From contig CAWGXH010000004.1 in assembly GCA_963826525.1 (NCBI GenBank), forward strand, positions 1,088,001-1,152,000: a DNA stretch of 64,000 bases. The letters run 5' to 3'. The DNA comes from an uncultured Methanomicrobiaceae archaeon (GTDB lineage: Archaea; Halobacteriota; Methanomicrobia; Methanomicrobiales; Methanoculleaceae). Shown here in pieces: positions 9,519 to 19,983 of the stretch. Position numbers and translations under genes: made by a program. How positions within the stretch are numbered: the stretch's first letter is position 1; each line of letters starts with the position of its first letter. Below the pieces are notes generated by a model. It worked only from the letters and a program-made list of their open reading frames with translations. It was not told the origin of the DNA and ran no database searches.

Positions 9519-11466
9519 CGCGGCGCACCTCCTTTTCGCGCTCGCTCCGGTACTCTTTGAAGAGGTATTCGAGCCGTTCCGTCTCCTGTTCCCGGCGGAA
9601 CTGCCTCTGTTCCTCCTCCCAGTCCCGGATGGCCTCCTCGAGCGCATCCGTCTTTACCGCCCCGGTCTTCCCCCGGATATCGGCCCCTACCTTCCGGTCC
9701 GGAACGAGCGGCAGATCCGCCTCGCGGAACGCCGCGACGAGCTGGGGGTCGGGCTCCCCGGCAGTCTCCTTCCCGGCGATCACCGCCTGCACCCCGGCCG
9801 CGGCGAGGTCTTTGACGACCGCCCGTCCCCATCCGGCCGTCCGGCGGGCGTAGAGAATGTCCCCCTCGCCGATACCGATCTCCTCCGCAAGAGCCCTGAT
9901 CGCATCCCGGGTGAGGGCGTCGAGCACCTTGACCGGCGTTCCGTCCTCGGCATGCGCCACTTCCGCGATCGTCCGGAGCCTATCAAGCCTCTTCTTCAGC
10001 CTCCTGCCGTGCCGTTTCTCGTTCCGGAGCTGCTGCTTGAGACTCTCGATGATAGCATCCTTCGTCGCGAGTTCGGCGTCTTTCCGGAGTTTCTTCTCGG
10101 TGGCCGAACGCTCCCGGCGGATGCCCTTTCTGAGACGGTCGATCTCCGCATCCCGGTTTTTGAGGTCTTCCTGAAGATCGGCCACATAGCCGCGGAGCCT
10201 TTTGACCATCCCGTCGAGGGTGATCACCCGCTCGTCTTCGACCTTCCGCTCGACGACCGCCGCCGGTGCCGCTTCTTCGGCCGGCGCCGGGACTCCCTGC
10301 AGGTCGGCGAGCACCTGGTCGAGCGCCTGGCCCCGGAGGACGCGGGCGCGCACCTCGTCGAGATCGACGCCCGGCGGCACCCGTTTTGCGAGGTTCTGGA
10401 ACTTGTTCTTGTTGCTCCGGTAGGCGTCGAGCGCCGCCGAGAGGGCGTCGCGTTCGTGGTCGTTCGTATAGGAGAACGGCGCCGTCAGGTCGTACTTGGT
10501 CTCGACGGCGAGCGACTGCCGCGGCGTATAGGGGATGGCGTTGAAGGCGCGGCGGATCTTCTCGACCGAGTAGGGCATCTGCTGGACGTCCGAGGCGACG
10601 ATCAGCGGTTTACCTGCCCTATAGAGCTCCTCGACGATATCGGACATCGTCATCTGGCGGGAGCTCGTGAGGTGGATCAGGTTCCCGTCGAGGTCGACGG
10701 CGGCGATCCCGGTCGTGGTGCCGGGGTCGAGGCCGACGATAAGGTAACGGGGGCGGCCGCTGCGCTGTTCGTAGCGTATCCGGTCGAGCCGTCGCCCCGC
10801 CACCCTGACCTGCACGTCGGCGCCGCGGTAGGTATGCACCGGCACCATGTCGCGGGGAGCGTGGACGGCGAAAGCGACCCGGGAGAACCCGCCGAAGGCT
10901 TTCGTCTCCTTCTTCTCGTAGCGGAGGCCGGCGCCTTTGAGCTGCTGCTCGAATCTCGCGGGATTCTGCATGACTCCGCCGTGGATCTTCCGGGCGTAGC
11001 GGTTCTGGCTCCAGCCTCCCCTGCCCGGCGAACGGTGGCGGCTCACCACGATATCGGTGGTGTTCTCAAAGGCAATCACCTCGACACCGGCGCCGAGTCC
11101 CGCGACCTGGGCGATGGTGCGGGCTTCGGCGTACGGGTCGAGTTTATTGAAACTGATATTGTATCGGGATGCGACTTTCGGGAGGGACTCTTTCTTCTCG
11201 CCCCCGGTCACCTGCACGAGGCGGGTCCTCGGCGGGAGCGACTGGAGAAACTCGAAGAGTTCGTGCTGATCGGTTGCGATCTCCTGGATGCTGTCGACGG
11301 CAAGAATATCGGGCTCCTCCGCGGCGAGCAGGCGGCGCAGGCGAAAGAGCGTCACCTCCGTTACATCGGTGATCTCGCCGTCTTCCATCCGGTAGAGGGC
11401 GTACAGCGGCCGCTGCGACCGCGAGCGCACCGATCCTTTGATAACGTCGATCCCGAAGATCCTCAA
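9511..11466 (-). CDS. DUF460 protein (RNase H-like domain plus coiled coil)
   Basis: RIFGIDVIKGS start (TTG overlapping the rio2 stop), GRGGWSQNRYARKIH, IVGLDPGTTTGIA, NDHERDALSAA. Confidence 0.85.
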   Translation of the reverse strand: MRIFGIDVIKGSVRSRSQRPLYALYRMEDGEITDVTEVTLFRLRRLLAAEEPDILAVDSIQEIATDQHELFEFLQSLPPRTRLVQVTGGEKKESLPKVASRYNISFNKLDPYAEARTIAQVAGLGAGVEVIAFENTTDIVVSRHRSPGRGGWSQNRYARKIHGGVMQNPARFEQQLKGAGLRYEKKETKAFGGFSRVAFAVHAPRDMVPVHTYRGADVQVRVAGRRLDRIRYEQRSGRPRYLIVGLDPGTTTGIAAVDLDGNLIHLTSSRQMTMSDIVEELYRAGKPLIVASDVQQMPYSVEKIRRAFNAIPYTPRQSLAVETKYDLTAPFSYTNDHERDALSAALDAYRSNKNKFQNLAKRVPPGVDLDEVRARVLRGQALDQVLADLQGVPAPAEEAAPAAVVERKVEDERVITLDGMVKRLRGYVADLQEDLKNRDAEIDRLRKGIRRERSATEKKLRKDAELATKDAIIESLKQQLRNEKRHGRRLKKRLDRLRTIAEVAHAEDGTPVKVLDALTRDAIRALAEEIGIGEGDILYARRTAGWGRAVVKDLAAAGVQAVIAGKETAGEPDPQLVAAFREADLPLVPDRKVGADIRGKTGAVKTDALEEAIRDWEEEQRQFRREQETERLEYLFKEYRSEREKEVRRGG

Positions 11467-12320
11467 CCGATCACCGTCTCCACCGCATCGTCGAGGGAGT
11501 AGTCGATCCTGTATTTCCGCGTGAAGTGCTGAAGGATGTTTCCGAGGTCTCTTCGGAGAATCTCGTGTGCGTTCGGGTGCGACGCCTCCATCCACTGCGG
11601 CCAGTCGATCAGCCAGCACTGCTCCTCCGCGACCATGACGTTGTACTCGGAGAGGTCGGCGTGGACGATGCCGAGGCGGTACGCCTCCCTGACATTCTGC
11701 AGGATCTCATCGAGCACTTCATGCGGCTCCTCGAGGACCGCCTGGGAGAGGTTCACCCCGGGGACGAAGGACATCGCCACGACGTGCCGGTTCCGGTCGA
11801 TCGGGAGCGGCACCGAGACGGCGGGGTGGAGGGTCGTGAGCGCTTCGTACTCCATCCTCGCCGAGAGGTTCGAGGCGAATATCCAGGGGCAGTGCCCGGC
11901 CTCGGGCATGTAGCCGCGCTTGAGCCGGGCCGACTGGAACGAGCGCTGCCCGACGCGGTGGAACTTGAGCACGAGGACGCCGAGCCCCATCGCCTCGTAG
12001 ACCTCCGACTCTTTCCCGACCCCTATCAGGCAGCCGAGTGCCTGGACGGTTCCTTTGCGGGTCAGGCTGGAGAGGGCGAGGGTATCGTAGCCGTTAAAGA
12101 CCAGGGCGTATCCCTCGTAGGGCACCTTCTCATACCGCACCATACCCATGTTCATCAGCCTCCCGATGCGGTAGGCGAGCTCGGCCTCGGAGAGTTTCGT
12201 GGCCGATTTCAGGATATCGAGCGGAACCCACTCGTGCCATCTCATCAGGCGTTCGAGGGCGCGCAGTATGGTCTGTTCATAGGGGTGCAACGATCGTACG
12301 TATTCTGCAGGAACGGGCAT
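11463..12320 (-). CDS. rio2: RIO2-type Ser/Thr kinase
   Basis: N-terminal winged helix, IGVGKESEVY, VHADLSEYNV, LIDWPQ. Confidence 0.92.
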   Translation of the reverse strand: MPVPAEYVRSLHPYEQTILRALERLMRWHEWVPLDILKSATKLSEAELAYRIGRLMNMGMVRYEKVPYEGYALVFNGYDTLALSSLTRKGTVQALGCLIGVGKESEVYEAMGLGVLVLKFHRVGQRSFQSARLKRGYMPEAGHCPWIFASNLSARMEYEALTTLHPAVSVPLPIDRNRHVVAMSFVPGVNLSQAVLEEPHEVLDEILQNVREAYRLGIVHADLSEYNVMVAEEQCWLIDWPQWMEASHPNAHEILRRDLGNILQHFTRKYRIDYSLDDAVETVIG

Positions 12321-12373
12321 GGTCACCACCATTTATGTGTCCCGGTGATAAAAGTGTGATTGGAACGACCAAG

Positions 12374-13261
12374 ATGCAGTGCACCAAGTGCCGCCGGGAC
12401 GCGGTTATCTATCAGCGATACTCGGGGTTGCACCTCTGCGAGCATCATTTCATCCTCGACTTCGAGGCGAAGGCCAAACGGGCGATCAGGAAGCACCGCT
12501 GGATCGAGCCCGGGGATACGGTGGCGGTCGCCCTCTCGGGAGACCGGGAGAGCAGCGCCGCTCTCTTCTTCCTGCACCGCCTGTTCCACAAACGGCGGGA
12601 CATTCGCCTGATGGCGATCACCGTCGACGAGGGGATAGCCGGTTACCGCGATGCGGCGCAGGCGGCGGCGATCGCCCGGAACCTCGGCGTACCCTCTCTG
12701 ACCACCTCCTTTGCAGCGGAGTACGGCATCACCCTTGACGAGATCGCCCGCCGGAAGGGCCCCGCCCTCGCCTGCTCCTCCTGCCGGGTGCTCCGGGGAG
12801 CCCTGCTGAACCGGTCTGCCCGGGAGAACGGGATCACCAAGCTGGCCTTCGGGTTCACCCTGGACGACGAGGCGGCGTCGGTGCTGACGAACGTCTTCCG
12901 GGGCGATGCGGAGTGGTTCTGCGCCCCGGCCAGGCCGGTTCCGTGGATCAAGCCGTTTATGGATATCCCGGAGCGGGAGGTGGCCCTCTACGCCACCCTC
13001 CACGTCGAAGGATTCGCCTTCGCCGGATGCCCGCATGCCGGGAGTGCTCTTTCGGAAGACGTCCAGAGCCTGCTCGACGAGTACGCCTCCCGCCACCCGG
13101 CCACGAAGAACGCCCTCGTGAACCTCGGCGAGGAGCTCCGCGGGGCGCTCGCGGCAAAACCCGGGTCGATCCGCATCTGCGAGCGGTGCGGCGAGCCGTC
13201 GGAGGAGATCTGCCGGTGCTGCCGGATCCTGGACGAAGTGAGAGGACATGGATCTTCGTAA
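12374..13261 (+). CDS. TtcA/Ctu1/NcsA-family tRNA thiolase paralogue with degenerate PP-loop
   Basis: CxxC...CxxH N-terminal Zn finger, ITVDEGIAGYR, CSSC, CPHA, C-terminal CERCGEP...CRCC; PP-loop reads SGDRESS. Confidence 0.8.
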   Translation: MQCTKCRRDAVIYQRYSGLHLCEHHFILDFEAKAKRAIRKHRWIEPGDTVAVALSGDRESSAALFFLHRLFHKRRDIRLMAITVDEGIAGYRDAAQAAAIARNLGVPSLTTSFAAEYGITLDEIARRKGPALACSSCRVLRGALLNRSARENGITKLAFGFTLDDEAASVLTNVFRGDAEWFCAPARPVPWIKPFMDIPEREVALYATLHVEGFAFAGCPHAGSALSEDVQSLLDEYASRHPATKNALVNLGEELRGALAAKPGSIRICERCGEPSEEICRCCRILDEVRGHGSS

Positions 13262-14949
13262 CCTTCTCTGGCGGCTGGCAAACGCCCCGTCGTCTCTCCG
13301 GATACGCCTCTACCTCGTCCTCTTCGCGGCGCAGATCATCGTCTATACCGTCCTGTACCATACGTTCTATCCCCAGTGGGAAGGGAGACCCCTCACCTGG
13401 TCCGGCGCCCTGCTCTTCGTCCTCGAGACCGTCACGACGACCGGGTACGGCGAGCCGCTCCCTTTCACGAGTGAAGCGACGGTCGTCTTTGCCATCATCA
13501 TGATGCTGACCGGCGTGGTCACGATCTTCATGGTCATTCCCCTGCTGCTGGCACCCTACATCACCACGATCATCCGGTCCACGCCACCCCGCCGAACACC
13601 CTATCCGCTCGACGGGCACGTCGTCATCGTCGGCTACTCCGAGCTCGTCCGGTCGCTCATCGACAGCCTGATGATAGCGGATCTCGATATCGTCGTCGTC
13701 GTCGAGGACGAGTCGGTCGCCCGGGACCTCGATCTCCGGTACCGTCCCGAGGTGTACGTCGTCTGGGGAACCTACGCGGAGCCGTCGACGTGGCGGCAGG
13801 TCTCCATCAAGAACGCCTCGACCGTCATCGTCACCGAGCGGGAGCGCACCACCGCATCGGTGATCCTCGGCATCAGGGATATGACCCCCGCCCGCATCAT
13901 CGCCATCGTCGACGATCTCGCCTTCGAGCGCTATCTCCGCTATGCCGGTGCCGAGTACGTCCTCTCGCCCAAGAACTCGACCGGGACGATCCTCGCCCGG
14001 CACGCCGTGCTGCGGCCGGTCGTCGACACCATCTACGAGTCGATCCGTATGAACGGGACGGATATCTACGGGACGGGGGTCGACCGGTCGCTCCGGCTGG
14101 TGAAGGTTCCCATCATGAGCGGCTCGCCCGCTGCGGGCAAAAGCCTCCGGGAGCTGGCGCTCGTCGAGGTCTACGGGGTGGAGGTGCTCTTCTTCTGGAA
14201 GGGCGGGCGTTTTGTCCCCCTCCCGAAGGCCGACGATATCATCGATACGTCCACCATGCTCTTCGTCCTCGGGTCGGCCCCCGCTATCTCGGAGATGATC
14301 GACCGTGAGTTCGCCCACGAGACGGACGGCGACTCGCTCGCCGTGGTCGCGGGGTTCGGCGACGTCGGCAGAGCGGCGTACAGAAGAGCTCTCCTCCTCC
14401 GGTATAGCGAGCGTCGTGGTGGATCAGAAACCCTACGACGTGACCGAGGTGATCGGGAACGTCGAGGACGAAGGGGTGCTCCGGGAGGCCCGGATCGAGG
14501 GCGCCCGGTTCTGCGTGGTGGCGGTCAACGACGATGACATCAATATCTTCACGACGCTCATGGCACGGAACCTGAATCCGTCATTGCGGATTCTTGCACG
14601 GGCGAACGAGTCGTCCTCGGTCGATAAACTCTACCGTGCGGGTGCGGATTACGTCGCCCTGCTGCCGGCGATCGGCGGCCAGGTGATCGCCGGGATCATC
14701 CTCTCGAATATCGCCGGCATCCTCCTCGATCTCCCGGACGGGCAGAAGGTGGTGATGAAGCACCGGATCCGGGATGCGTCGACGACGGTCGGGGCGGTGG
14801 AGGTGCGCAGCGGGGTTCGGATCGTCGGGATCGAGGGCAACGGGCGGTCGACGATCCAGCCGCAGTCGGAGGATCTCATCGTGCAGGGCGACTCGGTGAT
14901 CGCCGTCGGCGATAACGAGATGCTGAAACGCTTTATCCGCCTGATGTAG
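13248..14949 (+). CDS. Potassium channel with TrkA/RCK domains (frameshift near 14380)
   Basis: Pore motif TVTTTGYG, two NAD-binding RCK domains (VIVGYS, VAGFGDVG), ILARANE. Confidence 0.88.
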
Positions 14950-15023
14950 CGAAAGGCTCCGTCTCCGATTTTTATATGCACCATTAAATACTTTGATCGC
15001 CCCCGGACAGCCGGCGAGTACCG

Positions 15024-15692
15024 ATGAGGCTAAGCGTATGTTTCCTCCTCTGTCTCTTCCTTGCGGCTGCGCTCACTCTCCCGGCGGCGGGAGCCGTCGG
15101 CGGCGGCAGGGTCATCCGGAGCGGTGATACCATCTACGTCGGCGAAGAGAACCTCAACCTCACGCCCCTCTTTGCAGGGGCGCCGCCGTCCCCTCCCGGC
15201 GTGGACCGGCTGGTGCACTCCGGAGATCCCGGGAATAGCATCGACGTGCCGAACCGGAGCAGTTTCGATCTCACCAGTGTCGACGTCGGCGGCGTCACCG
15301 GGGGTTACGCCGTCCTGCCGCAGGGCGGTGAGGCGGGGCAGCAGGTGAACGTGACCGAACCGCTCCGTCTTCGCGTTCTCCTGAACGGGTCTTCGTCGGA
15401 GTCCGTCAACGGTATGATCCTGCCGCAGAACCGGACGATCGACCTCGTTCTGATGCACGACCTCGCGGGAGCATCCGCCCGGATCGATCTGGTCGGGCCC
15501 GACGGCAGCCTGCTTTCCTCCCTCGGCGGGGTGAACCTGACGGAGGTCGCGGTGACGGCGAGCCCGACGGTCATCGGCGGAATCGACCTCGCGGGTGTCC
15601 CGCCCGGGTTCTATGCCGCACGGGCGAGGGTGACGTCCCCGAACGCGACCTATCTCTCGAACTCCGTCGTCGTCGGGGTGGCGCCCTCCTGA
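15024..15692 (+). CDS. Secreted DUF3821-like surface protein
   Basis: Signal peptide; RVIRSGDTIYVGEENLNLT motif typical of Methanomicrobiales surface proteins. Confidence 0.6.
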   Translation: MRLSVCFLLCLFLAAALTLPAAGAVGGGRVIRSGDTIYVGEENLNLTPLFAGAPPSPPGVDRLVHSGDPGNSIDVPNRSSFDLTSVDVGGVTGGYAVLPQGGEAGQQVNVTEPLRLRVLLNGSSSESVNGMILPQNRTIDLVLMHDLAGASARIDLVGPDGSLLSSLGGVNLTEVAVTASPTVIGGIDLAGVPPGFYAARARVTSPNATYLSNSVVVGVAPS

Positions 15693-15696
15693 CAGA

Positions 15697-16257
15697 CTAC
15701 TGGAGTTTGAGGTTTGCCATCGCTGCTATCTCCTGTGCCATCCCGATCGTCGCGGGGCCGTCGGCGGAGAGGTAGTCGACGATGACGACGACCGTTCCCT
15801 TCCGGAAACCGACCTCTGCCGCTTCCTGGTGCTGCCACCCGTAGCCCTCGTCGGGGATGGCGAGGTCGAACGTCCGGTAGCCTGACTGCTCCCGGGCAGC
15901 GGTGTATGCGGCACAGGCACTCTCCTCGCCGCCGTAGAGCGTCGTCACGATAGTGACCGCATCCCCGTCTCCGTTGACGAACTCTGCCGTGCAGGTTTTA
16001 TTCTCGTAGAGAAGGGCGTCCGCATCCCACGTCGCCGCCATGTCCCGTGCGGTGACGATGAGCCCTTCGATTGACTCGACGGCTGCGGGATCGAGGGCGG
16101 TCGGAAGCGTCACGTCTGTCGGAACCGTGATCTGCGGTAGTGGCCGATCGCCCCCGGGGACGGTTGCCGTGCAGCCCGATGCGCCGAGCGTGCAGGCGAG
16201 AAGAATAAGGAGGAGAGATGTCGTGACGGCTCTGTTCTTCATAGAGAGCGTGTGCAC
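15697..16257 (-). CDS. Hypothetical lipoprotein
   Basis: Hydrophobic leader ending in ASGC lipobox. Confidence 0.65.
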   Translation of the reverse strand: MHTLSMKNRAVTTSLLLILLACTLGASGCTATVPGGDRPLPQITVPTDVTLPTALDPAAVESIEGLIVTARDMAATWDADALLYENKTCTAEFVNGDGDAVTIVTTLYGGEESACAAYTAAREQSGYRTFDLAIPDEGYGWQHQEAAEVGFRKGTVVVIVDYLSADGPATIGMAQEIAAMANLKLQ

Positions 16258-16305
16258 GGCTCCATGATAAATGGAAACGAATCAGCGTCGCCGGAAAAAA
16301 GGGTA

Positions 16306-17025
16306 TTACCGGGGCATCGGGTAGTTGGTCAGCCCGGCGAAGATCTCCCTGAACTGCTCCGGGTGGTTTAAGAATGCGACCGACCGTGCCCGTCCGACGA
16401 GGTCGTAGAGGGGTGTCATCCGGTCGATGGCGAGCTCCCGTATCTCGACGGGTTTCAGGTGCCTGACCGGTGCTGCGTGGGGATAGGTCGGGTTCCTGAC
16501 GAGCGCCCCGCCCTCCATCTCGTAGTAGGCCGCTCCGTTCCGGTCGACGTAGGGCTGGTAGTTGCTCGTAAATTCGGTCGAGACCAGGTTCGCCATGACC
16601 AGCACTTCGGGCGAGGGGTTGATGGTCACGTGGCCGTATCCGGGCGGGATCAACACTTTCTCGCCCGCGGATGCCTCGATCATGATCACGTCGCCTGCGT
16701 CGCGGGTCTGGAGGAGGTAGTGGCCTCTCCCCTGGAGCACTTCGTAGATCTCGGGGTAGCCGAGTCCTGCCGGCGTGTCGGGGTGGAGGTGGCCTTTGGT
16801 CTTGACGTACTCACCGCAGAGGGTGACGGGAGGGATGACGGTAATATCGTAACTGATGTGCTGCTCTTTAAGCCACCGCCGGTCGTCATCGGACTTTGCC
16901 AGATGGCGATACATATAATAGAGGGGGTGATGGGCGGTGCAGGTCTGATCTGCGAGCACCTGCCGCATATCATCTATCGTCCGCACCTGCGCATCCGGAA
17001 GCGGACCATCCCAGTACCTGTTCAT
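16306..17025 (-). CDS. pgi: Cupin-type glucose-6-phosphate isomerase
   Basis: YDITVIPP...EYVKTKGHLH...YPEIYEV..G, IPPGYGHVTIN. Confidence 0.9.
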   Translation of the reverse strand: MNRYWDGPLPDAQVRTIDDMRQVLADQTCTAHHPLYYMYRHLAKSDDDRRWLKEQHISYDITVIPPVTLCGEYVKTKGHLHPDTPAGLGYPEIYEVLQGRGHYLLQTRDAGDVIMIEASAGEKVLIPPGYGHVTINPSPEVLVMANLVSTEFTSNYQPYVDRNGAAYYEMEGGALVRNPTYPHAAPVRHLKPVEIRELAIDRMTPLYDLVGRARSVAFLNHPEQFREIFAGLTNYPMPR

Positions 17026-18305
17026 CTCCCTTTCTTACGGTAGACCAGTATATAATACCCTCCACCGAGGAGAACCGCGGCGATGAGGGCGAGAACGATG
17101 GGGTTCGTGACGAGGGAGCCCGACTTCTGGACGAGGTCGACCTGCACCTTCATGGTATCGGATATCTGGCTGCTGCCGAGTGCGTCGCGGTAGCGGATCT
17201 CGGAGTCGAGGCCGTAGGCCTTGAGGGTTGCGTCGGCGTCGACGTTCATCTCGAACCGTGCGGTTCCCTCTGCTCCGGGTGCGAGGTCGCCGAGGTAGGC
17301 GGTGTCGTCGTTGCTGGTGAAGGGGTCGATGGCGCTGATCCGTGCCTGGGCGTTGTAGACGGTGGCGGCACCGATGTTTTTGTAGACGACCTCGAGGACG
17401 CTCTTCTCACCGGGGATGAGGGTGGCGGCCGAGGAGACGACGGCGAAGTCGGTCTTCCCGCCGACCGGGAGGCCGAGGGTGACGGTCTTTGAGGTCGCGG
17501 CGTCGCCGTCACGGTCGGTGTAGGTGACGAGGACGTCGAGCGGGTAGGTCTGCGCCTCGGCGTCGGTGGCGACGGCCGCCTTGAAGGTCACGTCGACGGT
17601 CTCGCCGGGGGCGAACGTGCCGAGGTAGGCGGATGCGTCGGTCGGGACAATCGGGCTCGTGCCGCTCCGGGCGATCCGGGCGACGGCGCCCTTTGCGGTC
17701 TCGTAGCCGGCGTTCTTCAGGGTGAGGTGGACGTAGCCCTCGGTGCCGACGTTCAGGTCTTCGGTCGTGACGTCGAGCACCTCAAGCCGGAGGTCCGGGG
17801 TGATCGTGACCGCGAGCGGGAGCACCTCGGTCTTCTCCTCGTAGAAGTACTGGATGCTGTCGCTGCCGTACTGCTCGGCCGAACTTAAGTAGGTGTAGGT
17901 CACCGTGAGGGGGAGGTTGTAGGTGCCGGGGGCGGCGTTCTCGGCGACCTTGACGGTGAAGGTCGCGGTGACGCTCTTGCCGCCGGCGATGTCGCCGAGG
18001 AACTGCGGGTCGGTCTTGACGGTGACCGGCGCGGCATCGGTGCCGAGCGCGGCGGTGACGAGTTTGGCCGTGTTCGGCAGGTCGTCGCGGGCGACGGCGG
18101 TCGGGTCGACGAACTTGAAGGTGTTCAGCCCGCTGTTCTTCAGGTTCACCGCGAGGGCCATCTCCTGGCCGGGCGAGAACTCGTTGGTACCGGCGATCGA
18201 CGCCGAGAGGGTCGGGCTCCCGTAGAGGTATTTATCGGCGGCCATGGCCGGACCGGTCAGGGCAGCGAGCAGGAGGGCTGCTACCAGAAAGTACTGTATT
18301 CTCAT
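17022..18305 (-). CDS. COG1361 S-layer-domain protein with C-terminal TM anchor
   Basis: Signal peptide, repeated LGD(I/L)xPG Ig-like units, C-terminal TM plus YRKKGR. Confidence 0.85.
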   Translation of the reverse strand: MRIQYFLVAALLLAALTGPAMAADKYLYGSPTLSASIAGTNEFSPGQEMALAVNLKNSGLNTFKFVDPTAVARDDLPNTAKLVTAALGTDAAPVTVKTDPQFLGDIAGGKSVTATFTVKVAENAAPGTYNLPLTVTYTYLSSAEQYGSDSIQYFYEEKTEVLPLAVTITPDLRLEVLDVTTEDLNVGTEGYVHLTLKNAGYETAKGAVARIARSGTSPIVPTDASAYLGTFAPGETVDVTFKAAVATDAEAQTYPLDVLVTYTDRDGDAATSKTVTLGLPVGGKTDFAVVSSAATLIPGEKSVLEVVYKNIGAATVYNAQARISAIDPFTSNDDTAYLGDLAPGAEGTARFEMNVDADATLKAYGLDSEIRYRDALGSSQISDTMKVQVDLVQKSGSLVTNPIVLALIAAVLLGGGYYILVYRKKGR

Positions 18306-18369
18306 CAGATCACCAGTGTTGTTTCTTGCGGAACAACATTTATTTTCCGTCATTATATATACATATGGG

Positions 18370-19161
18370 ATGAGCGAGTCTAGGGACATTCCTGCGGATA
18401 TTATCGAATCTCTGAAGTCACTGGGGCTTACCAAGTACGAGGCTCTCGTCTATATCGGGCTCCTCAAGGTTGCCGGGGCTACGGCGACCGAGATTCACGA
18501 GATCTCGGGCGTACCCCGCGCATCGGTCTATCCCGTCCTCGACCGGCTGATGCAGAAGAGTCTCGTCAGTGTCTCGCATGCCACGCCCCGGCGTTTTAAT
18601 GCCACCCCGCCTGAGGAGGGGGTAACGATGCTCATGCACCGGATCGAGGAGGATGCGAAGGCCGCCCGCGAGGCGCTCGTCGCGATCTACGCATCGAAGC
18701 ACGAGGAGGAGCGGGGCGATCAGGAGCTGATCTGGAGTATTTACGGGCAGGAGAATATTCTCGGCCGGCTCGGCGAAGCCTTCCGGAACGCAGAACGGAG
18801 CGTGTATATGGTCGTCAACGGAAGCCTCCTGTCGGGCTCGATCCTCCCGCTCCTCAAGCCTGTTTTGGGCTCTGTTGCCGTCGAGGTCGTCACCGAGTGC
18901 TGGGAGGGCGAGATGCCGGAGGGGATGACGGTGCACGTCCACCATCACTGTATGAAGTCAGAGAACTGCGGGCATGCGGAGAAGAGGCTGCCGATGGAGA
19001 ACGCGGGGGTCTTTATCGTCGACGGCGAGAAGGTGCTCGTCTGGATGAGTTCGGTCGGCGAAGCGCCCTCCGCCCTCTACTCGGAATCCGCCGGGTTCGT
19101 GCAGTTCTTCAACCGGTACTGGACCAATATCCGGGACTGGGTGGATAGCACCAGTCAGTAG
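18370..19161 (+). CDS. TrmB family transcriptional regulator
   Basis: LKSLGLTKYEALVYIGLL...ISGVPRASVYPVLDRL; C-terminal IVDGEKV. Confidence 0.9.
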   Translation: MSESRDIPADIIESLKSLGLTKYEALVYIGLLKVAGATATEIHEISGVPRASVYPVLDRLMQKSLVSVSHATPRRFNATPPEEGVTMLMHRIEEDAKAAREALVAIYASKHEEERGDQELIWSIYGQENILGRLGEAFRNAERSVYMVVNGSLLSGSILPLLKPVLGSVAVEVVTECWEGEMPEGMTVHVHHHCMKSENCGHAEKRLPMENAGVFIVDGEKVLVWMSSVGEAPSALYSESAGFVQFFNRYWTNIRDWVDSTSQ

Positions 19162-19907
19162 TCGGCGAGATACCCCATCTCTTCGATACCGATCAGCCCT
19201 TTGAGCGCACGGGTGACGACCCAGCGCCCCGTCTCTTTTATCGCCGCCATGGCGTTGGTGCCGCCCACCATCGTGATGCCCAGGTACTCCGGACTGACCG
19301 GGACGCCGAGAAGCGGGACGTTCGGAGCGCCGACGTCGAGGATGCCGGAGAACCCGGTGGCGGTGAGTTCGTCGAGGACGGTCCCGACGAGGGGTTCGGC
19401 CTCCATGTGGCACTCCCGCATGTTCGCGAGGATGTTCCCGCTGCCGTGCTCCATGACGCCCAGGATGGAGGTGATGTCCTGGGAGATGAGCACCTCGAGC
19501 GGGTCGAGGGTCGTGTCCTTGTAGAGGAGCATGCTGATGAACCGGCGCGCCTCGTGCCGGTCGACCTCGACGACGCCGCCGCCGATGGGGTTGAGCGGCA
19601 CGCCGCGCTGGAGGAGCAGGGCGTCGAGGGTGATGCTGCACATGGTGCAGACGGCGTGGGCGTGATCGGGAATGGTGTAGTCCCCAATCTCTTCGCCGGG
19701 CTCTGCGATCCTGATCCGGTCGCTGACCATGAGGCCGGTCCTGTGGGCGTCTTTGAGCATCGCGAGCGCAAAGGAGAGGTCTTCCTCTTTGATGAGCGAG
19801 AGGTTGTAGATGATCTTCCCGGTGTTCTCTTCGGGGTTGTACGTCACCTGCAGGGCGTACTCCTCGATGCGGTGGTTGGTGAATTTCAGCGGTTCTTTCA
19901 TCGGCAC
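19155..19907 (-). CDS. NrpR-domain (DUF128) regulator lacking the HTH, NrpRII-like
   Basis: TMCSITLDALL..GVP..P.GGG, TTLDPLEVL, VGGTNAMAA. Confidence 0.85.
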   Translation of the reverse strand: MPMKEPLKFTNHRIEEYALQVTYNPEENTGKIIYNLSLIKEEDLSFALAMLKDAHRTGLMVSDRIRIAEPGEEIGDYTIPDHAHAVCTMCSITLDALLLQRGVPLNPIGGGVVEVDRHEARRFISMLLYKDTTLDPLEVLISQDITSILGVMEHGSGNILANMRECHMEAEPLVGTVLDELTATGFSGILDVGAPNVPLLGVPVSPEYLGITMVGGTNAMAAIKETGRWVVTRALKGLIGIEEMGYLADY

Positions 19908-19983
19908 GGCTCCTTCATCGCGCGGGGGCGGGGTTGAATTTCAGCGGTTCTTTCATCGGCACGGCTCCTTCATCGCGCGGGGG
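19880..19983. repeat. Direct repeat of 49 bp, period 55 bp, covering the start of the NrpR-like gene
   Basis: TGAATTTCAGCGGTTCTTTCATCGGCACGGCTCCTTCATCGCGCGGGGG at 19880-19928 and 19935-19983. Confidence 0.92.

Noticed and set aside
8596-11502. 968-aa + strand ORF and similar long antisense ORFs (e.g. 6428..7804, 35693..37144, 49869..51593)
   Set aside because: These are shadow frames of GC-rich genes already explained on the other strand or frame, with no recognisable motifs.
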